A stretch of DNA of 64,000 bases from Steroidobacteraceae bacterium (GCA_035250905.1 DATFEQ010000043.1:9598-73597), one strand, 5' to 3'. Shown: positions 1 through 9,868, counted from the first letter of the stretch. Program-made: numbers and translations. The notes: a model not told the origin generated them from the sequence alone.

Positions 1-779
1 GCAAGTTGGGCGGCATCGAGCTCGGCTACACGTCCGATCTCGACCTCGTGTTCCTGCACGATTCGCGCGGCGAGGTTCAGCACACCGACGGCCCGAAGGC
101 GCTCGACAACGGCGTGTTCTTCCTGCGTCTCGGCCAACGCATCGTGCACCTGCTCACCATGCATTCGGCGGCCGGGCGGCTCTACGAAGTCGATATGCGC
201 CTGCGGCCGAGCGGCAAGGGCGGCCTGATGGTGACGGAGGTGAACGCCTTTCACGCCTACCAGAAGAGCGAGGCCTGGACCTGGGAGCACCAGGCGCTGC
301 TGCGGGCGCGTGCCGTCGCGGGAGACGAGCGCATCTGTCGCGCCTTCGGCGACATTCGCTTCGACGTGCTCTGCCATTACGTGCGACGCGACACGCTGCG
401 CGAGGAGGTGCGCAGGATGCGCGAACGAATGCGCGCCGAGCTCAGCAAGTCGAAGCCGGGTGAGTTCGACATCAAGCAGGACCCGGGCGGGATCGCCGAC
501 ATCGAGTTCCTCGCTCAATATTGGGCGCTCGACTGGGCCGATCGCTATCCCGCGCTCGTGATGTTTTCCGACACCATCCGCCAGCTCGAATCGGTGGCCT
601 CGGCCGATCTCGTGCCGCAGGCGACGGTCGACGTCCTGACGACGGTCTATCGCGAGTACCGCAGCGTGATTCATCACCGCTCGCTCGAGAGCGAGTCGAG
701 CGTGGTGCAGGAGCAGGCGTTCGCGGTCCAGCGCGGCCAGGTGAGCGGCATCTGGAACGCCGCCATGCACACGCCCTGA
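1..779 (+). CDS. glnE: Glutamine synthetase adenylyltransferase GlnE, C-terminal part (5' end lies outside the window)
   Basis: The frame is open to the window edge. It has the nucleotidyltransferase motif GGIELGYTSDLDLVFLHD and the GlnE-type tail DIKQDPGGIADIEFLAQYWAL. Confidence 0.9.
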   Translation, partial: KLGGIELGYTSDLDLVFLHDSRGEVQHTDGPKALDNGVFFLRLGQRIVHLLTMHSAAGRLYEVDMRLRPSGKGGLMVTEVNAFHAYQKSEAWTWEHQALLRARAVAGDERICRAFGDIRFDVLCHYVRRDTLREEVRRMRERMRAELSKSKPGEFDIKQDPGGIADIEFLAQYWALDWADRYPALVMFSDTIRQLESVASADLVPQATVDVLTTVYREYRSVIHHRSLESESSVVQEQAFAVQRGQVSGIWNAAMHTP

Positions 780-831
780 GACATTCCCTTCGGCTATACT
801 TCGCCGCCAGCTCCAGTCTCGAGGTATTCCG

Positions 832-1035
832 GTGGCTGCTCAGCCCGCGCCCAGGACCCTGCTGCAACCCAACGCGCAGAATCACTACCGCGTGACACGC
901 GATGACCTGCCGCTGTCATGCCCGATGCCGCAGATGTACCTGTGGAATTCGCACCCGCGCGTGTATTTGCCGATCGAGCAGACGGGCTGGGCCAAGTGCC
1001 CGTACTGCGGCGCGGAGTACACGCTCGAGAGCTGA
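832..1035 (+). CDS. Small zinc-finger protein (zf-CHCC-like)
   Basis: A 67-codon ORF with a GTG start. The pattern DLPLSCP...WNSHPRVYL...AKCPYCGAEY is typical of small single zinc-finger proteins. The start codon is uncertain. Confidence 0.6.
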   Translation: MAAQPAPRTLLQPNAQNHYRVTRDDLPLSCPMPQMYLWNSHPRVYLPIEQTGWAKCPYCGAEYTLES

Positions 1036-1065
1036 TTACGCAGCGTCGACGCTGGCGCAGGCCGC

Positions 1066-1470
1066 CTACTTGCCCTGGCGGTAGTCCTTGTAGGACTTTT
1101 CCTCGACGATCTTCGAGCCCAGTTTCTGGTTGACGCGCTTCTTGATCGCCGCACGCTCGTCGTTCTCGATGTACACCGAACGCGCGAGCTCGATGAAGCG
1201 CGCATCGAATGACCGCCCGGCCTCTTTCTCGCGAATGTCGTCCTCGATGACCCAGAGTCTGGTGTTCACGGCCTCGAGCGCGCGCACCTCGGCGCTCACG
1301 TCGACCCCGGAGGCGCGCGCCGCTTCGCCCCAGGTATGCTCGAGGAGCTCGAGCTCGTGGCGCACGTTCGCGAGCTTCGCGGCGTCGGTCATGCGCTGCG
1401 CCTTGATGCGCAGGATGGTGATCTTGTCGAGCAGCTCGCCCGGGGATATGGGAACCAGGATGTTGTTCAT
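1066..1470 (-). CDS. Conserved hypothetical protein (resembles the DUF6165 family, from memory)
   Basis: About 134 aa from ATG 1470 (MNNILVPISPGELLDKITILRIK...). It lies 11 nt downstream of the GT9 gene on the same strand. I rejected the ORF-track extension to 1599 because it overlaps that gene. Confidence 0.6.
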   Translation of the reverse strand: MNNILVPISPGELLDKITILRIKAQRMTDAAKLANVRHELELLEHTWGEAARASGVDVSAEVRALEAVNTRLWVIEDDIREKEAGRSFDARFIELARSVYIENDERAAIKKRVNQKLGSKIVEEKSYKDYRQGK

Positions 1471-1481
1471 GGAAGCACCGC

Positions 1482-2552
1482 TCAAGCCCACTGCTTCGGT
1501 CGCCTGCCGCTCTGGCGCATCAACTGATCGAGCTTGCGCGTCACATCGGGCGGCTTGATCAGGTCCATGACGCCAGCCTTCTCGATCTTGGTGGTCCACG
1601 GCAGCTCGCTCGCCGGGCGCCCGTAATACTTCTGCGCTGCCTCGTCGTATTTGTTAACGCACCAGGAACGGCTGAAATACGGCCCGCTGCGCTCCGGGTT
1701 GGTGGCGGCATACAAGCCGAGCACGGCCGTGCCCATCGCGGTGGCCATGTGCGCGGGGCCGGAATCCGGCGTGAGCACCGCCTCGGCGCAATTGATGAGC
1801 GCGAGCAGCTGCGGCAGCGTGTCCTGGCCGATGGTATTGCTCACGCGCTCTTGCGTGGCTTTCTGTATGGCCTCCCCCATGCGGCGCTCGGCCGCGCTCG
1901 GACCGCCGGTCAGCAGCACGCGCATGCCGTGCGCACGCACCGCGTGATCGGCGACCTGCGCGTAGTATTCCGCGCGCCAGTTGCGACGCGGGTGACTCGA
2001 GCACGGGCTGATGACGAGCATCGGCCGGCGATCGCTCACCATCTGCAGCGCGAAGTGACGCGCGGTCTCGGGCAGCGGAATGTCCCAACGCAGCACGCGA
2101 TCGTGCACGCCGAGCGCTCCCGCGAACCCGAAAAGAGCATCCATGACGTGCTCGCGCTCACGCGGCTCGATGCGATGCGTGGTGAAGAGCCACTGCAGCT
2201 CGCGGGCGCGCGCACGATCGAAGCCGAGTTTCACGCGAGCCTTGATGTAGCTGCTCAGGAAGCTCGCGCGCAGCGCGACCTGCATGTGCAGCAGCAGATC
2301 GAAGCGACGCTGCGCCATCTGCACGCGAAATTCGCGCAACGCGCGCAGGCTGTGGCGCTTGTCGAAGATGATAAACTCGATGTCGGGGATGCTGCCGAGG
2401 AGCTGGTGCTCGAGCTTACCGATGATCCAGGTAAAGCGCGTTTCCGGCCACGCCTGCTGGAGCGTCCGGATCACCGGCAACACGTGGCAGACGTCGCCGA
2501 GGGCCGAAAGCCTCAGGACGCACACTTCACGCGGGATCTTGGAGAGATTCAC
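1482..2552 (-). CDS. Glycosyltransferase family 9 (ADP-heptose:LPS heptosyltransferase family)
   Basis: It has the N-terminal LRLSALGDVCHVLPVIRTL and C-terminal TPDSGPAHMATAMG motifs of GT9 heptosyltransferases. The start is set at GTG 2552; ATG 2633 is an alternative. Confidence 0.8.
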   Translation of the reverse strand: MNLSKIPREVCVLRLSALGDVCHVLPVIRTLQQAWPETRFTWIIGKLEHQLLGSIPDIEFIIFDKRHSLRALREFRVQMAQRRFDLLLHMQVALRASFLSSYIKARVKLGFDRARARELQWLFTTHRIEPREREHVMDALFGFAGALGVHDRVLRWDIPLPETARHFALQMVSDRRPMLVISPCSSHPRRNWRAEYYAQVADHAVRAHGMRVLLTGGPSAAERRMGEAIQKATQERVSNTIGQDTLPQLLALINCAEAVLTPDSGPAHMATAMGTAVLGLYAATNPERSGPYFSRSWCVNKYDEAAQKYYGRPASELPWTTKIEKAGVMDLIKPPDVTRKLDQLMRQSGRRPKQWA

Positions 2553-2631
2553 TAGTCGAATGATCGCAGACGTCGCTTCGCCAGCTTCGATCACCACCTC
2601 TGCGCGCCGTGCACCGACGCGGAACGGCGCC

Positions 2632-3324
2632 ATGCTATATGACGCCTCGCGCCTCAGCAACGCGGACCAACGCTTGTTCGATCTGAAATTGTGGCTCGCG
2701 GACACGGCGACTCAGCGCACGCCCGGCGGGCGCGGCGCGGCGCTCTTCATCGAACACGCCGGGCAGGTATGGGTGCTGCGCCACTATCAGCGCGGCGGAT
2801 TCATGGCGCGCCTGAGCGCGGATCGCTACCTGTGGACGGGTGAGGAACGCACGCGCCCGTTTCGCGAATGGCGCCTGCTCGCTGAGCTGCACGCGGCCGG
2901 ACTGCCGGTGCCGGCGCCGATCGCCGCGCGCTACGTGCGTCGCGGCCTGAGCTACTGCGGCGATCTCATCACCGAGCGCATCGGCGGTGCGCAACCCATG
3001 TCCGCGCTGCTCGCGCATGCGCCACTCCCGGCCGCGACCTGGCGCGCGATCGGCGCCTGCGTGCGCCGCCTGCACGATGCTGGCGTGTGGCACGCGGATC
3101 TCAACGCCCACAACATTCTCATCGGCGCTGACGGGCGCGTTTCGCTGGTGGACTTCGACCGCGCACGGCGGCGCGCTGCCGGACGCTGGCGCGAGGCGAA
3201 CCTCGACCGATTGGAGCGTTCGCTGCGCAAGATCTGCCGCGACCTGCCGGCGGAGCGCTTTACGCCGCAAGACTGGACGGCGTTGCGCGCGGGTTACGAT
3301 TCCTCGCCCGACGTGGCCGGCTAG
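2632..3324 (+). CDS. kdkA: 3-deoxy-D-manno-octulosonic acid (Kdo) kinase
   Basis: About 230 aa from ATG 2632. WVLRHYQRGG, HADLNAHNILI and LVDFDRA form the kinase core seen in KdkA. It is flanked by a heptosyltransferase gene and waaA. Confidence 0.85.
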   Translation: MLYDASRLSNADQRLFDLKLWLADTATQRTPGGRGAALFIEHAGQVWVLRHYQRGGFMARLSADRYLWTGEERTRPFREWRLLAELHAAGLPVPAPIAARYVRRGLSYCGDLITERIGGAQPMSALLAHAPLPAATWRAIGACVRRLHDAGVWHADLNAHNILIGADGRVSLVDFDRARRRAAGRWREANLDRLERSLRKICRDLPAERFTPQDWTALRAGYDSSPDVAG

Positions 3325-3331
3325 CTGCGTC

Positions 3332-4630
3332 GTGAGATTCCTCTACATCGCGCTCGCCTACCTGCTCACGCCGTTCGCGCTGGTGCTGCTCCTCTGGCGC
3401 GGCCTGCGCGATCGCGTGCGCGGCGTGGATGGCGTGAGTTACTCGAGCAATCTCCACGAACGGTTTGGCTACGGACGGCACGAGCAACAGCCCAGCATCT
3501 GGGTGCACGCGGTCTCGATGGGCGAGGTGCAGGCCTCCGCCGCGCTGGTACGCTCGCTGAGCGCGCGCTACCCGCAATGGCCGCTGGTGCTGACCACGGT
3601 CACGCCGACCGGCGCGCAGCGTGCGCGCGCGCTCTTCGGCGCGCAGGTGCACGTGCGTTACATCCCGTTCGACCTGCCGGGGTGCGTGCGGCGTTTCTTC
3701 GATCGCGTGCAGCCGCGGCTCGCGATCATCCTGGAAACGGAGCTGTGGCCAAACCTGTACCACGAGTGCGGGCATCGCAAGGTGCCGCTGGTGCTCGCGA
3801 GCGCGCGCATCTCGCCACGCTCGGTGCACCGCTATCGACGGCTGGTGAGCCTGTTCCGCGAAACGCTTTCGCACGGCATCGTCATCGCCGCGCAGAGCGC
3901 GAGCGACGCCGAGCGTTTCAAGTCGATCGGGGCCAACCCCGCGCACACCCACGTCATCGGCAACATCAAGTTCGACTTCGAGTTACCGGCGGGGCTCGCC
4001 AGCGAGGGCCGGCGCCTGCGCGAGCACTACGCCGCGGGACGCGCGGTGTGGATCGCAGGCAGCACGCACGAGGGGGAAGAGGACATGGTGCTGGATGCGC
4101 ATGTGCGCATACGGCAGAGCGTGCGCGCTGCGCTGCTGGTGCTGGTGCCGCGTCATCCCAATCGCTTCGATGCCGTGGCCACGAATCTGCGCCGCCGTGG
4201 GGTCCGCTTCGTGGCGCGCAGCACCGAGAGCCCGGTGAGCCAGGACACCGAAGTGCTCCTGGTCGACACGGTCGGGCAGCTCCTGACTTTCTACGGGGCG
4301 GCGGATGTGGCCTTCGTGGGTGGAAGCCTGGTGCCGATCGGCGGCCACAACCTGCTCGAGCCCGCGGCGCTGCGCCTGCCGATCCTCACCGGGCCGCACA
4401 ACTTCAATAGCGAGGACATTGCGAAGCTGCTGGTGGAAGTGGGAGCGCAGCAGGTCGTGCACGATACTCAGGGGCTCAGCGACCAGGTCACGCTGCTGCT
4501 CAGCGATCCCGCCGAGCGCGAGCGTCGCGGCGGGCTCGGGCGGCGGGCGCTCGATGAGAATCGCGGCGCCCTGAAGCGCCTGCTCGACCTGATCGATCCG
4601 CTGCTGCGCGAACGCAGTCTCTACGACTGA
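3332..4630 (+). CDS. waaA: 3-deoxy-D-manno-octulosonic acid transferase (Kdo transferase)
   Basis: GTG start 8 nt after the kdkA stop. It has an N-terminal membrane anchor and the WVHAVSMGEV and GGSLVPIGGHNLLEPA motifs of GT30 WaaA. Confidence 0.9.
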   Translation: MRFLYIALAYLLTPFALVLLLWRGLRDRVRGVDGVSYSSNLHERFGYGRHEQQPSIWVHAVSMGEVQASAALVRSLSARYPQWPLVLTTVTPTGAQRARALFGAQVHVRYIPFDLPGCVRRFFDRVQPRLAIILETELWPNLYHECGHRKVPLVLASARISPRSVHRYRRLVSLFRETLSHGIVIAAQSASDAERFKSIGANPAHTHVIGNIKFDFELPAGLASEGRRLREHYAAGRAVWIAGSTHEGEEDMVLDAHVRIRQSVRAALLVLVPRHPNRFDAVATNLRRRGVRFVARSTESPVSQDTEVLLVDTVGQLLTFYGAADVAFVGGSLVPIGGHNLLEPAALRLPILTGPHNFNSEDIAKLLVEVGAQQVVHDTQGLSDQVTLLLSDPAERERRGGLGRRALDENRGALKRLLDLIDPLLRERSLYD

Positions 4631-6057
4631 GGCGTCGTGGGCGTGGTCTGCGTCGGTGTCGGCGCGGACGCCGTCAGCCACTGGTTGATTTCCACCACGT
4701 CTTCCGGCTTGAGGATGCCGGCCGCGAGCTTCAGGCGCACCACGTTGATCAGGTAGTCGTAGCGGCTGCGCGCGTAGTTCGTTTCGGCTTCCGCGAGCCG
4801 GCGGCGCGAATCGAGCACGTCGACCGCGGTGCGCGTGCCGACTTCGTAGCCTGCCTCGGTGGCCTGCAGCGCCGTGCGGCTCGACTCGAGCGCCTGCCTG
4901 AGCGCCTGCACCCGCGAGAGCTCCGAGAGCACGCCGAGGTACGCATCGCGGGTCGCACGCTCGGTCTCGCGTGCCGTGCGCTCGAGGCGTTCGCGCGCCG
5001 CCCGATGCAAGTACACGGCCTCGCGCACGCCTGACTGGACAGTTCCGCCGGAGTAGATGGGGAAAAGCAGCTGCAGCGAGATCTGCTCGTCGGTGTTATC
5101 GCTGTCGGCGGGACCTTCGAGCCCGTCGTTGATCTGCGTCGCATCGAAGTCGTTTCCGACGCGCGACAGCACCAGGTCGAGGGACGGGAAATGGCCTGCG
5201 CGGCGGATCGAAATCGTGTCGCGCGCGATCTCTGCGGCGAGACGGCTGGAGGTCAGCGCGAGGTTCTGTTCCATCGCCGTCTTGACCCATTCATTCTCGT
5301 CCTGCGGGTCGGGCGTCTTGAGCGGCATCGACTCCGAGAGCTTGGAGAGATTGTGGAACGGATCGCCGGTGAGCTCGCGCAGCAGCTCGTGCGCCGTGGC
5401 CAGGTTGCGCTTCGACTGGATGACGACCGCGTTGGCGTTGTCGAAGGCCGCCTTGGCCTCCTGCACGTCCGTGATCGCGATCAGGCCGACCTCGAAGCGC
5501 TTGTTGGCCTGCTCGAGCTGACGCGAGATCGCATCACGCGCGGTCGTGACGGATTGCAGCGTGTCTTCCGCCGCCAGCACGTCGAAATAGCGCTGCGAGG
5601 AGCGCAGCATCAGGTCCTGTTGCGCGGCCGCGTAGTCGGCCTCGGCCTGGGCGACCTGCGAATTCGCCTGCTGCAGGGCCTTCCATTGGTCCCAGCGGAA
5701 CACGGTCTGCGTGAGCTGCAGGCGGTACTGGGTGAAGTCCGCGTCCGTTTCCTGGTCGGTGGTAGCGATGATCGGAGGGGCGTCCGGATCGGTCAGGCTG
5801 CCGCGGGTCAAGAACGTCTGCGAACCATCGGAATCGGATTGCCCGACGGCGCCGCTCGCCTCGATTTGCGGCAGCAAGGCGCCCCGCGCACGGGGCTTCG
5901 ACTCCCGGGAAGCGAGCCGGTTGGCTTCGGCCTCGCGGATGAGCGGGTCGTTCTGCACGGCGCGCTCATAAACTTCAAGCAGATCAGCAGCTTGAGCAGC
6001 GGAGGAGGCCAGCACGGCCGACAACAGTGCGACTGAAACTCGAGTGCGTCCGCTCAT
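4621..6057 (-). CDS. tolC: Outer membrane channel protein TolC
   Basis: It has the signal peptide MSGRTRVSVALLSAVLASSAAQA and two tandem outer-membrane-efflux repeats, with TolC-like length (478 aa). Its 3' end overlaps the waaA 3' end by 10 nt. Confidence 0.9.
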   Translation of the reverse strand: MSGRTRVSVALLSAVLASSAAQAADLLEVYERAVQNDPLIREAEANRLASRESKPRARGALLPQIEASGAVGQSDSDGSQTFLTRGSLTDPDAPPIIATTDQETDADFTQYRLQLTQTVFRWDQWKALQQANSQVAQAEADYAAAQQDLMLRSSQRYFDVLAAEDTLQSVTTARDAISRQLEQANKRFEVGLIAITDVQEAKAAFDNANAVVIQSKRNLATAHELLRELTGDPFHNLSKLSESMPLKTPDPQDENEWVKTAMEQNLALTSSRLAAEIARDTISIRRAGHFPSLDLVLSRVGNDFDATQINDGLEGPADSDNTDEQISLQLLFPIYSGGTVQSGVREAVYLHRAARERLERTARETERATRDAYLGVLSELSRVQALRQALESSRTALQATEAGYEVGTRTAVDVLDSRRRLAEAETNYARSRYDYLINVVRLKLAAGILKPEDVVEINQWLTASAPTPTQTTPTTPQS

Positions 6058-6168
6058 CGGATCCCCTTCTTGGCATCTCCAAACCGAGGAGATGTGGTGT
6101 TATACAAGACTATATCACCTTGGCCGTTACCGGCAAGGCGCGTGGGACAGCGCCAGTACCGTGACGGT

Positions 6169-6483
6169 TCAGTATTCAGGAATGCTTGGGTCCACCTCAC
6201 GGGACCAGGCCAGCACGCCACCGGTCAGGTTGGCCACGGATCTGAACCCCTGCCGTTCGAGGAACTGAGCCACGCGCAGGCTCCTGCCACCCGAGCGGCA
6301 GATCACCACCGTCTCACGTGTCGGGTCGAGCTCGCTGATGCGCTCCGGGACCTGGTCCATCGGGATGTGCACGGCGTCCGGCACCGGCGCGAGCGCAATC
6401 TCCCAGGCGTTGCGTACGTCGAGCAGCAGGGCACCCGCGGCGCGACGCGACTGAAACTCCGTGGCTGAGATCTCGGAGACCAT
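6169..6483 (-). CDS. Rhodanese-like single-domain sulfurtransferase
   Basis: The active-site loop VVICRSGGRS is followed by NLTGGVLAW. The start is taken at ATG 6483 (MVSEISATEF), 4 nt after the upstream methyltransferase stop. Confidence 0.85.
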   Translation of the reverse strand: MVSEISATEFQSRRAAGALLLDVRNAWEIALAPVPDAVHIPMDQVPERISELDPTRETVVICRSGGRSLRVAQFLERQGFRSVANLTGGVLAWSREVDPSIPEY

Positions 6484-6487
6484 CGCG

Positions 6488-7168
6488 TCAGAACAGGAAT
6501 CGCGGCGGCTCCGGGGCGTTGAGCAGCGGCTCAATCACCGTCTCGAACAGGCTCTCGCGCACCCATTGGTCCGCAGACACCCGTCGTACCAGCAGCGCAT
6601 CCATGACCGGTGCCATGCCGACGGCGACGAACAGTCGCCCGCCGACTTTGAGCATGCGCGGGAACCTCTCGTCGTAGAGGGGGAGCGACCCCGTGACGGC
6701 GATGGCGTCGTAGCGGTTGGTGTCGGTGAGCGTCATGGCATCCAGCGTCTCGATCATGACCCCGCCCACGCCCGAGGCGCGCAGGTTCTCCCGCGCACGC
6801 GCACCCAGATCGGGGAAAACCTCAACGCTGCGCACGTGCCCCGCCAATCGAGCGAGGCAGGCCGCGAGATACCCGGAGCCGGTACCGATCTCCAGGACCT
6901 CATCGCTGGCATCGAGCTCGAGCGCCTGCAGGACCCGACCCTCGACCTTCGGGGCGAACATCGACTGGCCATGGCCGAGCGGGATGCGGGTGTCGGCGAA
7001 CGCGAGCTCGCGCATCTCGGGAGGCACGAACAACTCGCGACGCACCTGTGCCATCACTCCCAAAACGCGATCATCGAGCACGCGCCATGCGCGCACCTGC
7101 TGCTCGATCATCTGCCGGCGTGCGAATTCGACGTCCATCCCCGGAGAATCCATCGAAAAAGGCTGCAC
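6488..7168 (-). CDS. Protein-L-isoaspartate O-methyltransferase family protein (Pcm-like)
   Basis: It has the SAM-binding motif VLEIGTGSGYLAACLA and a Pcm-like N-terminal region (VLGVMAQVRRELFVP). The start is uncertain (ATG 7168, 7153 or 7138). Confidence 0.8.
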   Translation of the reverse strand: MQPFSMDSPGMDVEFARRQMIEQQVRAWRVLDDRVLGVMAQVRRELFVPPEMRELAFADTRIPLGHGQSMFAPKVEGRVLQALELDASDEVLEIGTGSGYLAACLARLAGHVRSVEVFPDLGARARENLRASGVGGVMIETLDAMTLTDTNRYDAIAVTGSLPLYDERFPRMLKVGGRLFVAVGMAPVMDALLVRRVSADQWVRESLFETVIEPLLNAPEPPRFLF

Positions 7169-7436
7169 AGGTTACGGAGTTTCAACGGGTCTCTCAAGCA
7201 AGAGAGGCCTCAAGATGAGGGAAATTATGGTGAATACCGGCTAGCCCCACCACGGCCTTGGGCTATGCTTGTTGCGGCATTGCGCGTCACAACAACCAGC
7301 AGTCGCGCGGCCACGGCATTACACCAGCGAAGGTCAGCCCACTGACCCAGGAGTCTGTCCGCGTGATCGGGGCACCCTCGTGACAATTCCGGCTACCCGG
7401 ACAGACTCTTAGGTTTCATTGGCCACAGAACCCGGC

Positions 7437-9722
7437 ATGCCCACGATCTGGCTTCTGTCGCTGGCTCTCGGCGTGCTTGCCGTCGGCGTACTGGTATTGC
7501 TCATGCACCGGCGGCGCCTGCTGCGCGCGCTCGAGACCCTGGGCGACCAGCTGACGCACATCGTCGGACAGAACCGTCTCGATGAGCGCATCAACGTGGC
7601 GAGCCGACAGCGCGGCGTCGCCTCGGCGGCCGACGCCGTCAACAAGCTGCTCGCCACGCTCAACACGCGCGGCCAGAAGCTGCAGGAGCGCGAGCTCCTG
7701 TTCCAGCGGCTGGTCGAGTCGGTCCACGAAGCGGTGGTTCTGCATCGCGACGCCATTCTTTTCGCCAATGACCGTTTCGCAGCGCTCACGGGTCTCGCGG
7801 CCCGCGAGCTGATCGGACGCAAGCTCCACGAGCTCGTGCCCGGGGACTACGCGGAGCTGGTGCGCGAGAACATCCGTCGCCGCCTCGCGGGCGAGACCGC
7901 GGCGGAACGCTACGAGGTCGAGCTCGTGGGTGCGCAGGGCCAGGTGAGCCGACTGGAACTGGCCGGCGTGGTGGTGGATGCGCCCGAGGAGCCGTTGCTC
8001 CTCATCACCGCCGTCGAAATGACGCCGCGGCGCAGCTCTACCGCGCCGGAACAGGAGCGCTCACGTGCGCTCGCGACGCTGCAGTCGATCAACGAGGGCG
8101 TGATCACCACCGACAAGCGCGGCCGCATCGACTACATGAACGAGGCGGCCGAGCAGCTCACCGGCACGACCTCGCTCCAGGCCGTGGGTCACGCGCTCGA
8201 GGAGATCGTGAGCCTGGTGGACGAAGCCGATCGCAAGTCACTGGCGGATCCCGTGCGGCAATCGCTCACCACCGGCACGCGCGTGAACCTGGGGCGCAAG
8301 GCGCTGCTCCTCTCGCGCGGCAGCGGCGAGGAGTATTCGATCGAGTTGAGCGTCTCGCCGCTCAAGAACCCGAACCACGAAGTGACCGGCGCCGTGATCG
8401 TGCTGCACGACGTGAGCGAGCAACGCGGTCTCGCGCGCCAGATGTCCTACCAGGCGAGTCATGACGCGCTTACCGGGCTCGTCAACCGCCGCGAGTTCGA
8501 GCGGCGCCTGACGGAATCGCTCGACGCCGCGCGCTCAGGTCCCGCGACCCACATCCTCTGCTACCTCGACCTCGATCGCTTCAAAGTGGTGAACGACAGC
8601 TGCGGCCACGTGGCGGGCGACAACATGCTGCGCGAGGTGGCGGGCCTGCTGAAGGATGCGGTGCGCGACTCGGATACGGTCGCGCGCATCGGCGGCGACG
8701 AGTTCGCGCTGCTGCTGATCGGCTGTCCGCTCGAAAAGGCACGCCAGATCGCCGATGACGTGTGTCGGGCCGTCACGGACTACCGCTTCGTGTGGAAGGA
8801 CAAGATCTTCAACATCGACGTGAGCATCGGGCTGGTCGAGATCGGCCGCGAGAGCGGCAACGCCGAAGAGGTGATGAGCGCGGCGGATTCCGCCTGCTAC
8901 GTCGCCAAGCAGCGCGGCGGCCACGTGCACGTGTACTCCGCGCACGACGAGGCGGTGGCGCGCCACCGCGGCGAAATTCATTGGCTGCAGAAGCTGCAGG
9001 GCGCGCTCAAGGAGAACCGCTTCGAGCTCTACTCACAGCCGATCGTGGCGGTCACGGCGGAGCTTCTCGACGGCCCGGCGCTCGAGGTGCTGGTGCGGCT
9101 CAAGGACGACAACGGCCAGGACGTGAGCCCGAGCGACTTCCTGCGCGCCGCCGAGCGTTACCGGCTGATGGCCCTGGTCGATCGCTGGGTGGTGCAGACG
9201 ACATTCTCAGCGCTCGGGAGCGGGGCGCTGCATATGGAGAAGGATCGCAGCGTCGCCATCAATATTTCCGGCCAGACCCTCGGCGACACGCAGTTCCTGG
9301 AGTTCGTGGTCGACTGCTTCGATCGCACCGGGGTCACGCCCGACCAGGTGTGCTTCGAAGTCACGGAAAATTCCGTGATCACCAACATCGAGCACGCGCG
9401 CCGCTTCATCGGCGTGTTGCACGGGATGGGCTGCAAGTTCGCGCTCGACGACTTCGGGCGCGGCCTCGGCAGCTTCTCCAATCTCAAGAACCTGACCATG
9501 GACTTCCTCAAGATCGATGGCTCCTTCATGCGCAACCTGGCGCGCGACTCGGTCAACCAGGCGATGGTCGCGGCCATGATCAAGCTGGCGCGCACCCTCA
9601 ATTTCAAGGTCATCGCCGAGCAGGTCGAGGACGAGGGGGCGCTCGAAGCCGCCCGCAAGATGGGCGTCGACTACGTGCAGGGCTACATCATCGCCCGTCC
9701 GCAGCCGCTGTTGGCGGCCTGA
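7437..9722 (+). CDS. Membrane-anchored PAS/PAS-GGDEF-EAL signalling protein (c-di-GMP turnover)
   Basis: It has an N-terminal TM helix (PTIWLLSLALGVLAVGVLVLL), PAS regions, the GGDEF motif RIGGDEFALLL, and EAL-domain motifs ALEVLVRL, DDFGRGLGSF and LKIDGSF. Confidence 0.9.
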   Translation: MPTIWLLSLALGVLAVGVLVLLMHRRRLLRALETLGDQLTHIVGQNRLDERINVASRQRGVASAADAVNKLLATLNTRGQKLQERELLFQRLVESVHEAVVLHRDAILFANDRFAALTGLAARELIGRKLHELVPGDYAELVRENIRRRLAGETAAERYEVELVGAQGQVSRLELAGVVVDAPEEPLLLITAVEMTPRRSSTAPEQERSRALATLQSINEGVITTDKRGRIDYMNEAAEQLTGTTSLQAVGHALEEIVSLVDEADRKSLADPVRQSLTTGTRVNLGRKALLLSRGSGEEYSIELSVSPLKNPNHEVTGAVIVLHDVSEQRGLARQMSYQASHDALTGLVNRREFERRLTESLDAARSGPATHILCYLDLDRFKVVNDSCGHVAGDNMLREVAGLLKDAVRDSDTVARIGGDEFALLLIGCPLEKARQIADDVCRAVTDYRFVWKDKIFNIDVSIGLVEIGRESGNAEEVMSAADSACYVAKQRGGHVHVYSAHDEAVARHRGEIHWLQKLQGALKENRFELYSQPIVAVTAELLDGPALEVLVRLKDDNGQDVSPSDFLRAAERYRLMALVDRWVVQTTFSALGSGALHMEKDRSVAINISGQTLGDTQFLEFVVDCFDRTGVTPDQVCFEVTENSVITNIEHARRFIGVLHGMGCKFALDDFGRGLGSFSNLKNLTMDFLKIDGSFMRNLARDSVNQAMVAAMIKLARTLNFKVIAEQVEDEGALEAARKMGVDYVQGYIIARPQPLLAA

Positions 9723-9868
9723 CAGCCGTTGCCATTGCCCCATGGGGCACTTGCCGCCGCGCGTGAACCGGGGCAGGCTGCCGCGCAGGGCCAGCAGCAC
9801 ACTCCAACCAGAGCGCCGGCCAAGGTTCTTACGACCCGTCTTCGCCAACGAATGCCAAGGAGCCTCGT

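Noticed and set aside
1471-1599. N-terminal extension of the DUF6165-like ORF
   Set aside because: It overlaps the 3' end of the upstream heptosyltransferase gene. The conserved-looking sequence starts at MNNILVP (ATG 1470).
7169-7436. c-di-GMP riboswitch upstream of the GGDEF-EAL gene
   Set aside because: None of the GEMM-I or GEMM-II conserved blocks could be found. Only generic hairpins are present.
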